DNA of 64,000 bases from a virus. A program made the translations under genes and the position numbers. Shown in pieces: positions 8,439 through 17,090 of the stretch. The first letter of the stretch is position 1, and each line of letters starts with the position of its first letter. The DNA lies in the IMG/VR virus record IMGVR_UViG_3300042860_001108, positions 3,176-67,175 of that record; one strand, given 5' to 3'. The notes beneath the pieces were generated by a model, which was given only the letters and a program-made list of their open reading frames with translations, was not told the DNA's origin and did no database searches.

Positions 8439-9107
8439 ATGGCAGGGCCGTTGTTTGCTGTGGGGCGGGCGCTGCTGGGCAGCCAGCTCACCCAGCCGAT
8501 AATGAATGAGATGGCGATTCGCGGGTTGGGTAGCGGAACGCTGAGTCCGGAAGTGGCGCGGTTGCTGTACAGCAACCGCACTCTGGGCGAGCAGCTTGCC
8601 AGCAGCGTTGAGCCGCTGGGGCGGCTGCTGGGGTTCCTGCCCGAGGAGCGACCCAACTACAACCTGCCCGACGACTACAGCGTGGGTCCGCAGGGCGAGA
8701 TTTACAACTTGGCCGGTGACCGCATGGTTACGGGCGAAGGCGTGACGGGGTTCCAGCCCGTAGCGCAATACGGGGAGTACGGGTTTCAAGAGCCTTTGCC
8801 GCCCCGTCCTGAAGGCTATCCGTCCGACGCACCGTGGCCGCCGCCTGGGGCGGGGGGCGGCTTTATGCCTGCTGCGGAGGGGCTGCTCAGCCTACAGCAA
8901 CCGTCGCAGGAAGATGAACAAGAACGGCGCCGCAGGGAATGGCAGGATGCAACCGGAGGTGCTCATGGAGGTGTTGTTGCAAATGGCGTGATAGCGCAAC
9001 GCAAGCGCCAGCAGGAAGAAGCAGCCAAAATGAAGGCACAAGCAATGCTTCGTGCTGTTCCAATGCCCAATGAGTACCGCCAAGGCGGGCGGGTGCGAAT
9101 GATATGA
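8439..9107 (+). CDS. Hypothetical protein with C-terminal xxGG motifs
   Basis: GGAGG RBS; Pro-rich; AHGG and YRQGG. Confidence 0.6.
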   Translation: MAGPLFAVGRALLGSQLTQPIMNEMAIRGLGSGTLSPEVARLLYSNRTLGEQLASSVEPLGRLLGFLPEERPNYNLPDDYSVGPQGEIYNLAGDRMVTGEGVTGFQPVAQYGEYGFQEPLPPRPEGYPSDAPWPPPGAGGGFMPAAEGLLSLQQPSQEDEQERRRREWQDATGGAHGGVVANGVIAQRKRQQEEAAKMKAQAMLRAVPMPNEYRQGGRVRMI

Positions 9108-9496
9108 GCAATCGCTTTGCAAACGGCGCAAAGGCATTTGGTTTCTGCGATGTCTGTGGGTTCCGTTTCGACCTCAAAAAGCTCAAGAATCTCGTAGTCA
9201 AAACCAAGCAAACACAGATCAAAGCGTGTCCTCAATGCTGGACCCCAGATCATCCTCAGTTGCAACTCGGGATGTACCCTGTAAGTGACCCCCAGGCCAT
9301 CCGTGATCCCCGTCCAGATACGAACACTTGGTACTCTTCAGGTCAGACGGTTATTGACACCATCGGTATTGGTAGCCGGGTGATTGAGTGGGGCTGGGCT
9401 CCGATAGGTGGGTCCAGTGGTTTTGATGCGCCCCTGACGCCAAACAGCTTGGTCGGGCAGGGATATGTTGGTACAGTCCAAATTGTCACGACCTAA
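9104..9496 (+). CDS. Zn-ribbon (2x CxxC) conserved phage protein
   Basis: CDVCGFRF...CPQCW.PDHPQL...DPQAIRDPRPD. Confidence 0.75.
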   Translation: MSNRFANGAKAFGFCDVCGFRFDLKKLKNLVVKTKQTQIKACPQCWTPDHPQLQLGMYPVSDPQAIRDPRPDTNTWYSSGQTVIDTIGIGSRVIEWGWAPIGGSSGFDAPLTPNSLVGQGYVGTVQIVTT

Positions 9497-9502
9497 GGAG
9501 CG

Positions 9503-9667
9503 ATGATGAAAGATGTTCACAAGCACGAACGTGCGATGCACCCAGGCAAGCCGCTGACCAAGCTTGCCAAGGGAGGGAAAGCCTTCAAGAAGGGTGGTCC
9601 CACCTCTGAGGACCGTATGCGCTTGGGCAAGAATCTGTCCCGCGCTGCCAACCAGAAGACGGGGTGA
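9503..9667 (+). CDS. Small basic protein (54 aa, not in the ORF track)
   Basis: AAGGAG RBS; MMKDVHKHERAMHPGKPLTKLAKGGKAFKKGG... Confidence 0.6.
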   Translation: MMKDVHKHERAMHPGKPLTKLAKGGKAFKKGGPTSEDRMRLGKNLSRAANQKTG

Positions 9668-9670
9668 GCT

Positions 9671-9862
9671 ATGAGCAAGATCACAAAACTGCCGCCTGCC
9701 AAGCAGGCATACCCGCAAGGCCCTGTCAATCCGCGTGACCTGTGCATGGTGGTGGGCAGCATCTCCAAAGAGTCCGCTCCGGGGCCGAAGACCTCCGGGA
9801 TCAAGCAGCGTGGATCTGGTGCCGCTACTCGCGGCTTCATGTCTCGTGGGCCGATGGCGTGA
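9671..9862 (+). CDS. Small basic hypothetical protein
   Basis: KTSGIKQRGSGAATRG...GPMA ending. Confidence 0.6.
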   Translation: MSKITKLPPAKQAYPQGPVNPRDLCMVVGSISKESAPGPKTSGIKQRGSGAATRGFMSRGPMA

Positions 9863-9870
9863 GGTGAAAC

Positions 9871-10518
9871 TTGAACTACACCGAGTTGCAGACTGCCGTT
9901 GAGGACAGCACGGAAAATACGTTTTCCGCGACAGACTTTGCGCTTCTGACGAAGCTAGCAGAGCAGCGCATCTACAACTCGGTGCAGCTTCCCAATTTGC
10001 GGAAGACATCAAACCTCACGCTGACCATTGGTAATCCGTTACTTGTAGTGCCGACAGACTTCTTGTCTGCGTTTTCCTTTGGGGTTACATCGGGCACTAC
10101 GTTCAGCTACCTGCTGAACAAAGATGTGAACTTCATGCGGGAGGCTTTCCCGAGTTCAACTACAACGGGGACGCCGCAGTACTACGCCCTGTACGGGACG
10201 CAGACCGGAACTCCGCTGGTGCAGTCTTTCCTGTTGGGGCCCACGCCCAACGCTGCGCTGACGGCTGAACTGAACTACTTCTACTACCCGGAGAGCATCG
10301 TCACTGCATCGACCACATGGCTGGGCAACAACTTTGACTCGGTGCTGTTCAACGCAGTGATGCTGGAAGCTGCCCGGTTCATGAAGCAGGAGCAGGACAT
10401 CGTTGCGCTGATGGACAAAGAGTACATGCAGTCCTTGGCGCTGTTGAAGAACCTGGGTGACGGGCGCGACAGGCAGGACAGTTATCGCTCGGGGCAGGTA
10501 CGAACACAGGTGAACTAA
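9871..10518 (+). CDS. Putative tail adaptor / tail tubular protein A-like
   Basis: MNYTEL.....AEQRI...GTPQYYA...GPTP..TTWL...L.EA pattern. Confidence 0.65.
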   Translation: MNYTELQTAVEDSTENTFSATDFALLTKLAEQRIYNSVQLPNLRKTSNLTLTIGNPLLVVPTDFLSAFSFGVTSGTTFSYLLNKDVNFMREAFPSSTTTGTPQYYALYGTQTGTPLVQSFLLGPTPNAALTAELNYFYYPESIVTASTTWLGNNFDSVLFNAVMLEAARFMKQEQDIVALMDKEYMQSLALLKNLGDGRDRQDSYRSGQVRTQVN

Positions 10519-10935
10519 ATGGCTCTGGTACAAACGCTATGCTCTTCGTTCAAACAGGAGTCATGGCTGGGTATCCATGATCTGGATACCGATGTTTTGA
10601 AGATGGCGCTCTACACGAGCGCCGCTTCTCTTGGTGCGGACACCACGGCCTACACCCTCACAGGTGAAACGTCTGGCACAGGCTACACCGCAGGCGGGGA
10701 GGTTCTTGTCAACGTTCAAGTCCTTCTTTCTGGTACCACGGCGTATTGCACGTTTGATAACCCTGCGTGGCCGGGGTCTAGTTTTGTCACCCGTGGTGCG
10801 TTGATCTACAACACTTCCAAAGCCGACCGTGCTATTGCCGTTTTGGACTTCGGTTCTGACAAAACTGCTGGGCCAAATTTTACGGTACAGCTTCCGGTTG
10901 CTTCTGCCACCACGGCAGTCATTCGATTTGCTTGA
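10519..10935 (+). CDS. Putative structural protein
   Basis: C.SFKQE...HD...K.ALYTS.A.L...GYTAGG..L...RGALIYN...A.AVLDFGSDKT. Confidence 0.7.
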   Translation: MALVQTLCSSFKQESWLGIHDLDTDVLKMALYTSAASLGADTTAYTLTGETSGTGYTAGGEVLVNVQVLLSGTTAYCTFDNPAWPGSSFVTRGALIYNTSKADRAIAVLDFGSDKTAGPNFTVQLPVASATTAVIRFA

Positions 10936-10943
10936 GGTAAAAA

Positions 10944-12368
10944 ATGCCATCTTCATACACCACCTCGCTGCGTCTCACGCTTCCTGCTACTGGGGAGTTG
11001 AGTGGCACTTGGGGCAGCACTGTAAACACCGGCATTACTGAACTGCTTGATGCTGCGGTTGCAGGTACGGCGTCGATCTCTACGTGGGGTGGAGCGGGGG
11101 TTGCGTACACGCTGAGCAACAATTCTGGCACTGCGGACGAAGCACGCCGGATGTTCATTGTGGCGACGGGCACTCCGGGTGAGGCCAAGAACGTCATCTG
11201 CCCTGCGGTCAGCAAAATGTACGTGTTCAGGAACGACACGACGGGTGGCTTTGCACTGACTCTGAAGACCTCTGGGGGCACAGGTATTTCTGTCCCAGCG
11301 GGCCAGTACAAGTTCCTGTACTGCGATGGGACCAATGTAGTTGAAACGTTCAACTCTGCCGGGGCACTGACCCTGAGCGGAGCTTTGTCTGTGGGGGGCA
11401 CGGCAACATTTGCAGCCAACCCGACGCTGTCTGCGGGCACAGCCAATCAGGTCCAGTACCTGAACGCTTCCAAGGTGCTGGTGGGCTCTGCGAACCTGAC
11501 GTTTGACGGTACGGCGTTGACGCTCGGAGGGAATCCGACGCTTTCCGCAGGCACCGCCAACGGCGTGACCTACCTCAACGGCAGCAAGATGCTGACGAGC
11601 GGGAGTGCGCTGACGTTTAATGGGACTTCGCTTGGTGTTGCTTCTGTCGCATCAACAGCCGCTTTGTCTTTGTCAAGCGCCACTAGCACTGCAATCAACC
11701 TCAACATTGGAGGTACTGAGCTTGCGCGTCTTTCTGCAAACGTAAACGGTATTTTTACTGTTGGTACAGAAGGAAGCGTTGCAGGGCTTGGTACGGGGTA
11801 CGCAACGCTAGGAGCTTACAGTACTAATGGTGGTGGTTTTCGCATTTATCGGGGTACAGGCGCAGGAACCTCATCTGCCTTTTTTTATGCAGATAGCACC
11901 GGCACATTTCTTGGTTCAGCCGAAAACACTTCTTTACTTTTTTACCAAAACAACACCGAACGCGCCCGCATCACGAGCGGGGGTAACCTGCTGGTGGGGA
12001 CGACAACTGATCCCGGTAGCACTAACAGCCGACTGGCTGTAGACCACACTGGTTCTGATTATGGTTTGACGCTCAACACAGCAACTTCTGCTGGCCCAAA
12101 TCTTCTTCAATTTAGAAACAGCAATAGCAACGGCGAAGCGCGGTTGTTGAACAACACTGGCGGGCCACTCACGTTCTATCGCAACCCTACCACCGAAGCT
12201 GCCCGCATCACGAGCGTGGGTGATTTCATACCAATAGTGCAGACAGCGGCACCTACGCTTACCAGCAACCAGCAGATGGTGTTTACGCTCACCAGCAACA
12301 CAAACTTGCGCATATCTGTTCGCGGAACGGACGGGACAACTCGCGTGGCAAACATTACTTTGGCATAA
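10944..12368 (+). CDS. Tail fibre protein
   Basis: GELSGTWG N-terminus; NPTLSAGTAN repeats; ERARITSGGNLLVGTT fibre motif. Confidence 0.8.
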   Translation: MPSSYTTSLRLTLPATGELSGTWGSTVNTGITELLDAAVAGTASISTWGGAGVAYTLSNNSGTADEARRMFIVATGTPGEAKNVICPAVSKMYVFRNDTTGGFALTLKTSGGTGISVPAGQYKFLYCDGTNVVETFNSAGALTLSGALSVGGTATFAANPTLSAGTANQVQYLNASKVLVGSANLTFDGTALTLGGNPTLSAGTANGVTYLNGSKMLTSGSALTFNGTSLGVASVASTAALSLSSATSTAINLNIGGTELARLSANVNGIFTVGTEGSVAGLGTGYATLGAYSTNGGGFRIYRGTGAGTSSAFFYADSTGTFLGSAENTSLLFYQNNTERARITSGGNLLVGTTTDPGSTNSRLAVDHTGSDYGLTLNTATSAGPNLLQFRNSNSNGEARLLNNTGGPLTFYRNPTTEAARITSVGDFIPIVQTAAPTLTSNQQMVFTLTSNTNLRISVRGTDGTTRVANITLA

Positions 12369-12378
12369 GGATCCAACC

Positions 12379-12687
12379 ATGAACTGGACCATCTCTTCCC
12401 TCGACCACACTCTTCCCGAGTGCTGCGTAACCACCGCCCACTGGCGTGTTTCAAAGACCGACGGCACTGCTTCTGGCAGCGTCTACGGCACGATCTCGTT
12501 GCCGCACAAGGATCACGACGCCCCCGACTTCATCCCTTACGAAGACCTGACCGAAGAAATTGTTATCGGCTGGGTCAAGGACCAGATGGGCGCCAACCAA
12601 GTCGCTGCGTATGAGGCCGCAGTGCAAGGGCAGATCGATGCCCAAGTCAATCCCACAACCGCCTCTGGAACTCCTTGGAGCAACTGA
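12379..12687 (+). CDS. Tail-fibre-associated small protein
   Basis: WTI..L...V.TAHW...FIPYEDLTEE.V.GWV...G.PW; directly follows the fibre gene. Confidence 0.7.
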   Translation: MNWTISSLDHTLPECCVTTAHWRVSKTDGTASGSVYGTISLPHKDHDAPDFIPYEDLTEEIVIGWVKDQMGANQVAAYEAAVQGQIDAQVNPTTASGTPWSN

Positions 12688-12863
12688 TGAAAACCGATAC
12701 CCCCATCTCCTTGACACTGGGCCTCGTCAACGGCATCCTGCAGTACCTCGGTACGCGCCCCTACGCGGAAGTCTTCCCGCTGGTGCAGGAGATCCAAGCG
12801 CAAGCCATGCCGCAGGTGCCTGTACCTGCTCCGACGCCCGAGTCCGCTGGTCTGAGCGACTGA
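12687..12863 (+). CDS. Hypothetical protein (possible fibre chaperone)
   Basis: LVNGILQYLGTRPYAEV..L...IQ.QA. Confidence 0.6.
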   Translation: MKTDTPISLTLGLVNGILQYLGTRPYAEVFPLVQEIQAQAMPQVPVPAPTPESAGLSD

Positions 12864-12867
12864 CATC

Positions 12868-13365
12868 ATGCTCGACATCCTCGGCGGGGGCCTGCTGGGC
12901 TCAATTTTTGGGGGCTTGTTCCGCCTCGCCCCGGAGGTGCTGAAGTTCTTGGATCGCAAGAACGAACGCCTGCACGAACTCAAGATGTTTGAGCAGCAGT
13001 GCCAACTGGAGCAGATGCGCGGGGCGCAGAAGTTGCAGGAGATCGGCGCTCAGCACGGCATGGCCGTAGATGTCGGCGTGTTGGATGCGTTCAAGAGCGC
13101 GCTGGATCAGCAGACCGAGATGGTCAAGGCCGCAGGCGGCTGGGTTGCTTCGCTCAGCGCTTCGGTACGCCCGGTGGTCACCTACTGGATTCTGTTCATC
13201 TGGTCGTTCGTGCACATCTGGTTTGCCTGGAACGCTTGGCTGCAAGGCATGCCGCCAGTGGAAGTGTTCAAGACCGCCATGTCGCCTGACTTCGCAGCAT
13301 TGGTGGCGGGTACGATCAACTACTACTTCATGAACCGCACGTTAGAAAAGAGAGGGCTTGCGTGA
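12868..13365 (+). CDS. Putative holin (GTA 3TM-like)
   Basis: ASVRPVVTY motif plus TM segments and YF..R..EK ending; directly upstream of the lysozyme. Confidence 0.7.
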   Translation: MLDILGGGLLGSIFGGLFRLAPEVLKFLDRKNERLHELKMFEQQCQLEQMRGAQKLQEIGAQHGMAVDVGVLDAFKSALDQQTEMVKAAGGWVASLSASVRPVVTYWILFIWSFVHIWFAWNAWLQGMPPVEVFKTAMSPDFAALVAGTINYYFMNRTLEKRGLA

Positions 13366-13844
13366 ACCTTGACGTAGCGGTCGCGCTGTGCAAGCAGTTT
13401 GAGGGGCTGCACCGGCTCGGCAAGGACGGGCTGATCTACCCCTACATCTGCCCCGCAGGCTACCCTACCATCGGTTGGGGAACGGTCTACAAGCCTTCAG
13501 GCAAAAAGGTCACGATGGATGACCCGCCGATTACCCGCGACATTGCAGACGCTTGGCTCATGGACGAGCTTCAGCGGGTCTGCGCTTCGGCGGTGATCAG
13601 GCAGTGTCCTGAGCTTTTTGCTTGGAGCGTGACCAACGGGAACTGGCGGGCCTTCTGCGCCATTGCAGACTTCACCTACAACCTGGGGTCAGGTAGACTC
13701 CAGACCTCCACCCTGCGGCGCAAACTCCGTGCGCTTGACTGGGAAGGTGCCAAAGAGCAACTGGCCCTGTGGGTTCGCGGTGGCGGCAAAATATTGCCCG
13801 GTCTGGTGAAACGCAGAGCCGCAGAAATCGCTTTGCTGGGGTAA
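13362..13844 (+). CDS. Endolysin, GH24 lysozyme
   Basis: FEG...PY.CPAGYPTIGWG, FTYNLG.G.L..STL, GLVKRRAAE. Confidence 0.92.
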   Translation: MNLDVAVALCKQFEGLHRLGKDGLIYPYICPAGYPTIGWGTVYKPSGKKVTMDDPPITRDIADAWLMDELQRVCASAVIRQCPELFAWSVTNGNWRAFCAIADFTYNLGSGRLQTSTLRRKLRALDWEGAKEQLALWVRGGGKILPGLVKRRAAEIALLG

Positions 13845-13846
13845 AT

Positions 13847-15709
13847 ATGCCACTCAAAAAGATACAGCTAAAGCCCGGTGTTAATAGAGAAAATACCCGC
13901 TACACCACGGAGGGTGGGTGGTTTGAGTGCGACAAAGTACGCTTTCGTTACGGCACACCAGAGAAAATTGGTGGCTGGAGTCAGGTATCTAACGTAAACA
14001 CATTTGAAGGTACAGCACGTTCGCTGTGGCCTTGGTCTTCTCTGCTGGGCATGGGTACGAACGAGAAGTTCTACATCATGTATGGTGGTGCGTATTTTGA
14101 CATCACGCCGATAAGAGAGACTACACCTGCAGGAGCAATCACATTTGCTGCTACAAACGGTTCTTCAACAATTACTGCAACGGACACCGCTCACGGAGCA
14201 ATAACTGGAGACTACGTTACTTTTAGCGGCGCAGTATCTTTAGGCGGCAACATCACAGCTACGGTCCTAAACCAAGAATACCAAATCACTGTACTGACGG
14301 TTAACACGTACACGTTCACCGCCACTGCTACAGCCAATGCGTCAGACTCAGGTAATGGTGGAGCCTCCGTAGTCGGCGCTTACCAAGTCAACGTAGGTCC
14401 ATCTATTCAAACACCTCTGTCTGGATGGGGCGCGGGGCCTTGGGGTGGTGGCACGTGGGGTATCGGGAGCACATCACTTGAGTCCCTGCGGGTGTGGAAC
14501 CAGCAGAATTTTGGTGAGGATCTGATCTTTGGCCCCAAGGACGGGCCGATGTACTACTGGGACAATTCTTCCGGTCTTTCCACCCGTGGTGTCAATCTGA
14601 CCTCACTTACCGGCGCGTCGGACGTCCCGACGGTGCAGCGCCTCATGATGGTCTCGGACGCCTCGCGTTTTGTGCTGGCCTTCGGGTGCAACGACTACGG
14701 CACCGCTGATCAAAATTTAATGCTGATCCGCTGGTCTGATCAGGAAAGCGCGGTCAGTTGGACGCCTGCCGCGACAAACCAAGCGGGTAGTTTGACGCTT
14801 TCACACGGTTCAGAAATCGTAGGCGTTGCCCAGGTTCGCCAAGAAATTTTGATCTGGACAGACATCGCTCTGTACTCGTTGCAGTACCTTGGCCCGCCTA
14901 TCGTGTGGGGTTCTCAGATGCTGGCCGACAACGTGTCGCTCATCAGCGACCGGGCCATGATCACCGCAGGCGGTGTGACCTACTGGATGGGTGAAGAGAA
15001 GTTCTACGTCTACGACGGTCGTGTGCAGACACTCCCCTGCGATCTGCGGCAGTATGTGTTCAGTGACTTCAACCTCAACCAAGCCGAGCAGGTCTTTTGT
15101 TCAACGGTAGAGCGCTTCAACGAGGTCTGGTGGTTCTACTGCTCGGCAGACAACAACACCGCTTCTCCTGACAAATACGTGGTGTACAACTACTTGGAAA
15201 AGATCTGGTACTACGGCACGATGGACCGCACCACTTGGATTGATGCCAGCATCATCAGCGACTTCCCCATCGCAGCCTACGGTAACCAACTCCTGTACCA
15301 AGAGTCCGGTGTGGATGACAACTCCACAGGTATTGCGGCGGCTATTGAGTCCTACATCACATCGTCTGAGTTCGACATTGACGACGGGCACAACTTCTCG
15401 TTTGTCTGGCGGGTGCTGCCTGACATCACCTTCCGAGGCTCTACGGCGGGCTCACCCACAGCCACGCTGACGCTCCTGCCCCTGCAGAACTCAGGTTCAG
15501 GCTACAACAACCCGGCGTCCCTCGGCGGCTCAGACAACGGGGCCATCACGCGCTCAGCCGTGGTTCCAGTTGAGCAGTTCACGGGGCAGGTAAACATCCG
15601 AGTTCGTGGTCGTCAGATGGCGATGAAGATTGAATCCGACGGTGTAGGTGTGATGTGGCAGCTTGGTTCTCCTAGAATCGATCTCAAGCCTGATGGCCGT
15701 AAAAGCTGA
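13847..15709 (+). CDS. Putative tail nozzle / DNA stabilisation protein
   Basis: Start MPLKKIQLKPG; IRWSDQE...W.P..TNQAG; beta-propeller-like composition; precedes the ejection genes. Confidence 0.65.
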   Translation: MPLKKIQLKPGVNRENTRYTTEGGWFECDKVRFRYGTPEKIGGWSQVSNVNTFEGTARSLWPWSSLLGMGTNEKFYIMYGGAYFDITPIRETTPAGAITFAATNGSSTITATDTAHGAITGDYVTFSGAVSLGGNITATVLNQEYQITVLTVNTYTFTATATANASDSGNGGASVVGAYQVNVGPSIQTPLSGWGAGPWGGGTWGIGSTSLESLRVWNQQNFGEDLIFGPKDGPMYYWDNSSGLSTRGVNLTSLTGASDVPTVQRLMMVSDASRFVLAFGCNDYGTADQNLMLIRWSDQESAVSWTPAATNQAGSLTLSHGSEIVGVAQVRQEILIWTDIALYSLQYLGPPIVWGSQMLADNVSLISDRAMITAGGVTYWMGEEKFYVYDGRVQTLPCDLRQYVFSDFNLNQAEQVFCSTVERFNEVWWFYCSADNNTASPDKYVVYNYLEKIWYYGTMDRTTWIDASIISDFPIAAYGNQLLYQESGVDDNSTGIAAAIESYITSSEFDIDDGHNFSFVWRVLPDITFRGSTAGSPTATLTLLPLQNSGSGYNNPASLGGSDNGAITRSAVVPVEQFTGQVNIRVRGRQMAMKIESDGVGVMWQLGSPRIDLKPDGRKS

Positions 15710-15711
15710 CT

Positions 15712-17079
15712 ATGCCGCTGATCTACAACGTCATCAAGCGCTTCGTTGCACCGGCTCTTCCACAGGCATCGCAAGAGTACGACCAGAAGTACTTCGACAA
15801 ATTTAACAGCGTCCTGCGCCTGTACTTCAACCAACTAGACCAACTTCTGGGGCAACTTGTGAGCACATCTGCAACCGTTCCAGTCTCCATCGGCGGGACC
15901 AACGTCGATGCCTTTGGTCGGCTAAGAACCAGCGCTCCTTACACGCTGTTTGACTCTCAGAACCGCTACGCTATTGACAATCAGTTTGACACCAGCACAG
16001 CCACTGGGGGGTCAACCACGTACCTGCCCAACGAATCATCGGTACGGATGGATGTCACTACCTCCAGTGGTTCTGAAGTTGTAAGGCAGTCTTACAGGTG
16101 CATGCCGTACCAACCCGGCAAGGGTTTGTTGTGTTTGGCTACGTTCGTGATGAACACCGCCAAGACGGGGCTTCGCCAGCGGGTGGGGTACTTTGGGACC
16201 CAGAACGGCGTGTTTATCCAACAGAACGACAGTACTGTTTCATTCGTCCTGCGGTCTTACATCTCAGGATCTGTCAGTGATGCGCGGATCGTGACGCAAA
16301 ACAACTGGAACGGCGACAAACTTGACGGCACGGGAGACTCCGGGTTTACCCTTGACCTGACCAAAGCACAAATTTTGTGGATGGACTTTGAATGGCTTGG
16401 TGTCGGGTCTGTTCGATGCGGGTTCATCATTGACGGTCAGTACATTGTCTGCCACACGTTTGAGAATGCAAACGACATCACTTCTGTTTACATGACCACG
16501 GCAATTTTGCCGGTCAGGTATGAGATTACCAACACCGCAGCAACTGCAAGCGCTTCGTCCTTGAAGCAAATTTGCTCCTCGGTGGTTTCAGAAGGCGGCT
16601 ACGAGCAGACATCCATCGAGCACGTGGCTCGCAGGACAACGACCAAGACTTCAATTGGCACGACATTTCTTCCTCTGGTGTCCATCCGGCTGGCTTCCAC
16701 CGCGCTGAACGCAGTGGTGCTGCCCGTAAAATTTAACGTGATGCCGACCTCGACGGGGGACGATTTTGAGGTTATTCTGGCAAAGAACAGCACAGGGCTG
16801 ACTGGGGCCTCTTGGGCTGCGGTCTCAAGCGATGCCAATGTGGAGCAGGACACTTCTGCCACGGCCATGACGGTAGGCACTATCGTAGACCTGCAGTACG
16901 TGAAGTCCACCAACCAGTCCAGCGGGACGATCAATCAGCCTGCGGCGTACAACTGGGATCTTCAGTTGGGCTCCTCCTTGACGGGGACGAGTGATATCTA
17001 TACGCTGGGCATCCGGGTGCTGTCGGGCTCTTCCGGTGCGGCCATCGGGTCTTTGACCTTCTACGATTTGACGCAGTGA
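15712..17079 (+). CDS. Putative virion structural protein
   Basis: N-terminal LP..A..EYDQ...LRLYFNQLD fused to a DAFGRLR...YQPGK...EWLGVGSVRCGF domain. Confidence 0.7.
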   Translation: MPLIYNVIKRFVAPALPQASQEYDQKYFDKFNSVLRLYFNQLDQLLGQLVSTSATVPVSIGGTNVDAFGRLRTSAPYTLFDSQNRYAIDNQFDTSTATGGSTTYLPNESSVRMDVTTSSGSEVVRQSYRCMPYQPGKGLLCLATFVMNTAKTGLRQRVGYFGTQNGVFIQQNDSTVSFVLRSYISGSVSDARIVTQNNWNGDKLDGTGDSGFTLDLTKAQILWMDFEWLGVGSVRCGFIIDGQYIVCHTFENANDITSVYMTTAILPVRYEITNTAATASASSLKQICSSVVSEGGYEQTSIEHVARRTTTKTSIGTTFLPLVSIRLASTALNAVVLPVKFNVMPTSTGDDFEVILAKNSTGLTGASWAAVSSDANVEQDTSATAMTVGTIVDLQYVKSTNQSSGTINQPAAYNWDLQLGSSLTGTSDIYTLGIRVLSGSSGAAIGSLTFYDLTQ

Positions 17080-17090
17080 TAGGGTAAACC

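Noticed and set aside
13769-13846. N-terminal extension of the tail nozzle ORF, and similar long upstream extensions of many early ORFs in the track
   Set aside because: They overlap upstream genes; downstream ATGs with an RBS or stop-start coupling are better starts
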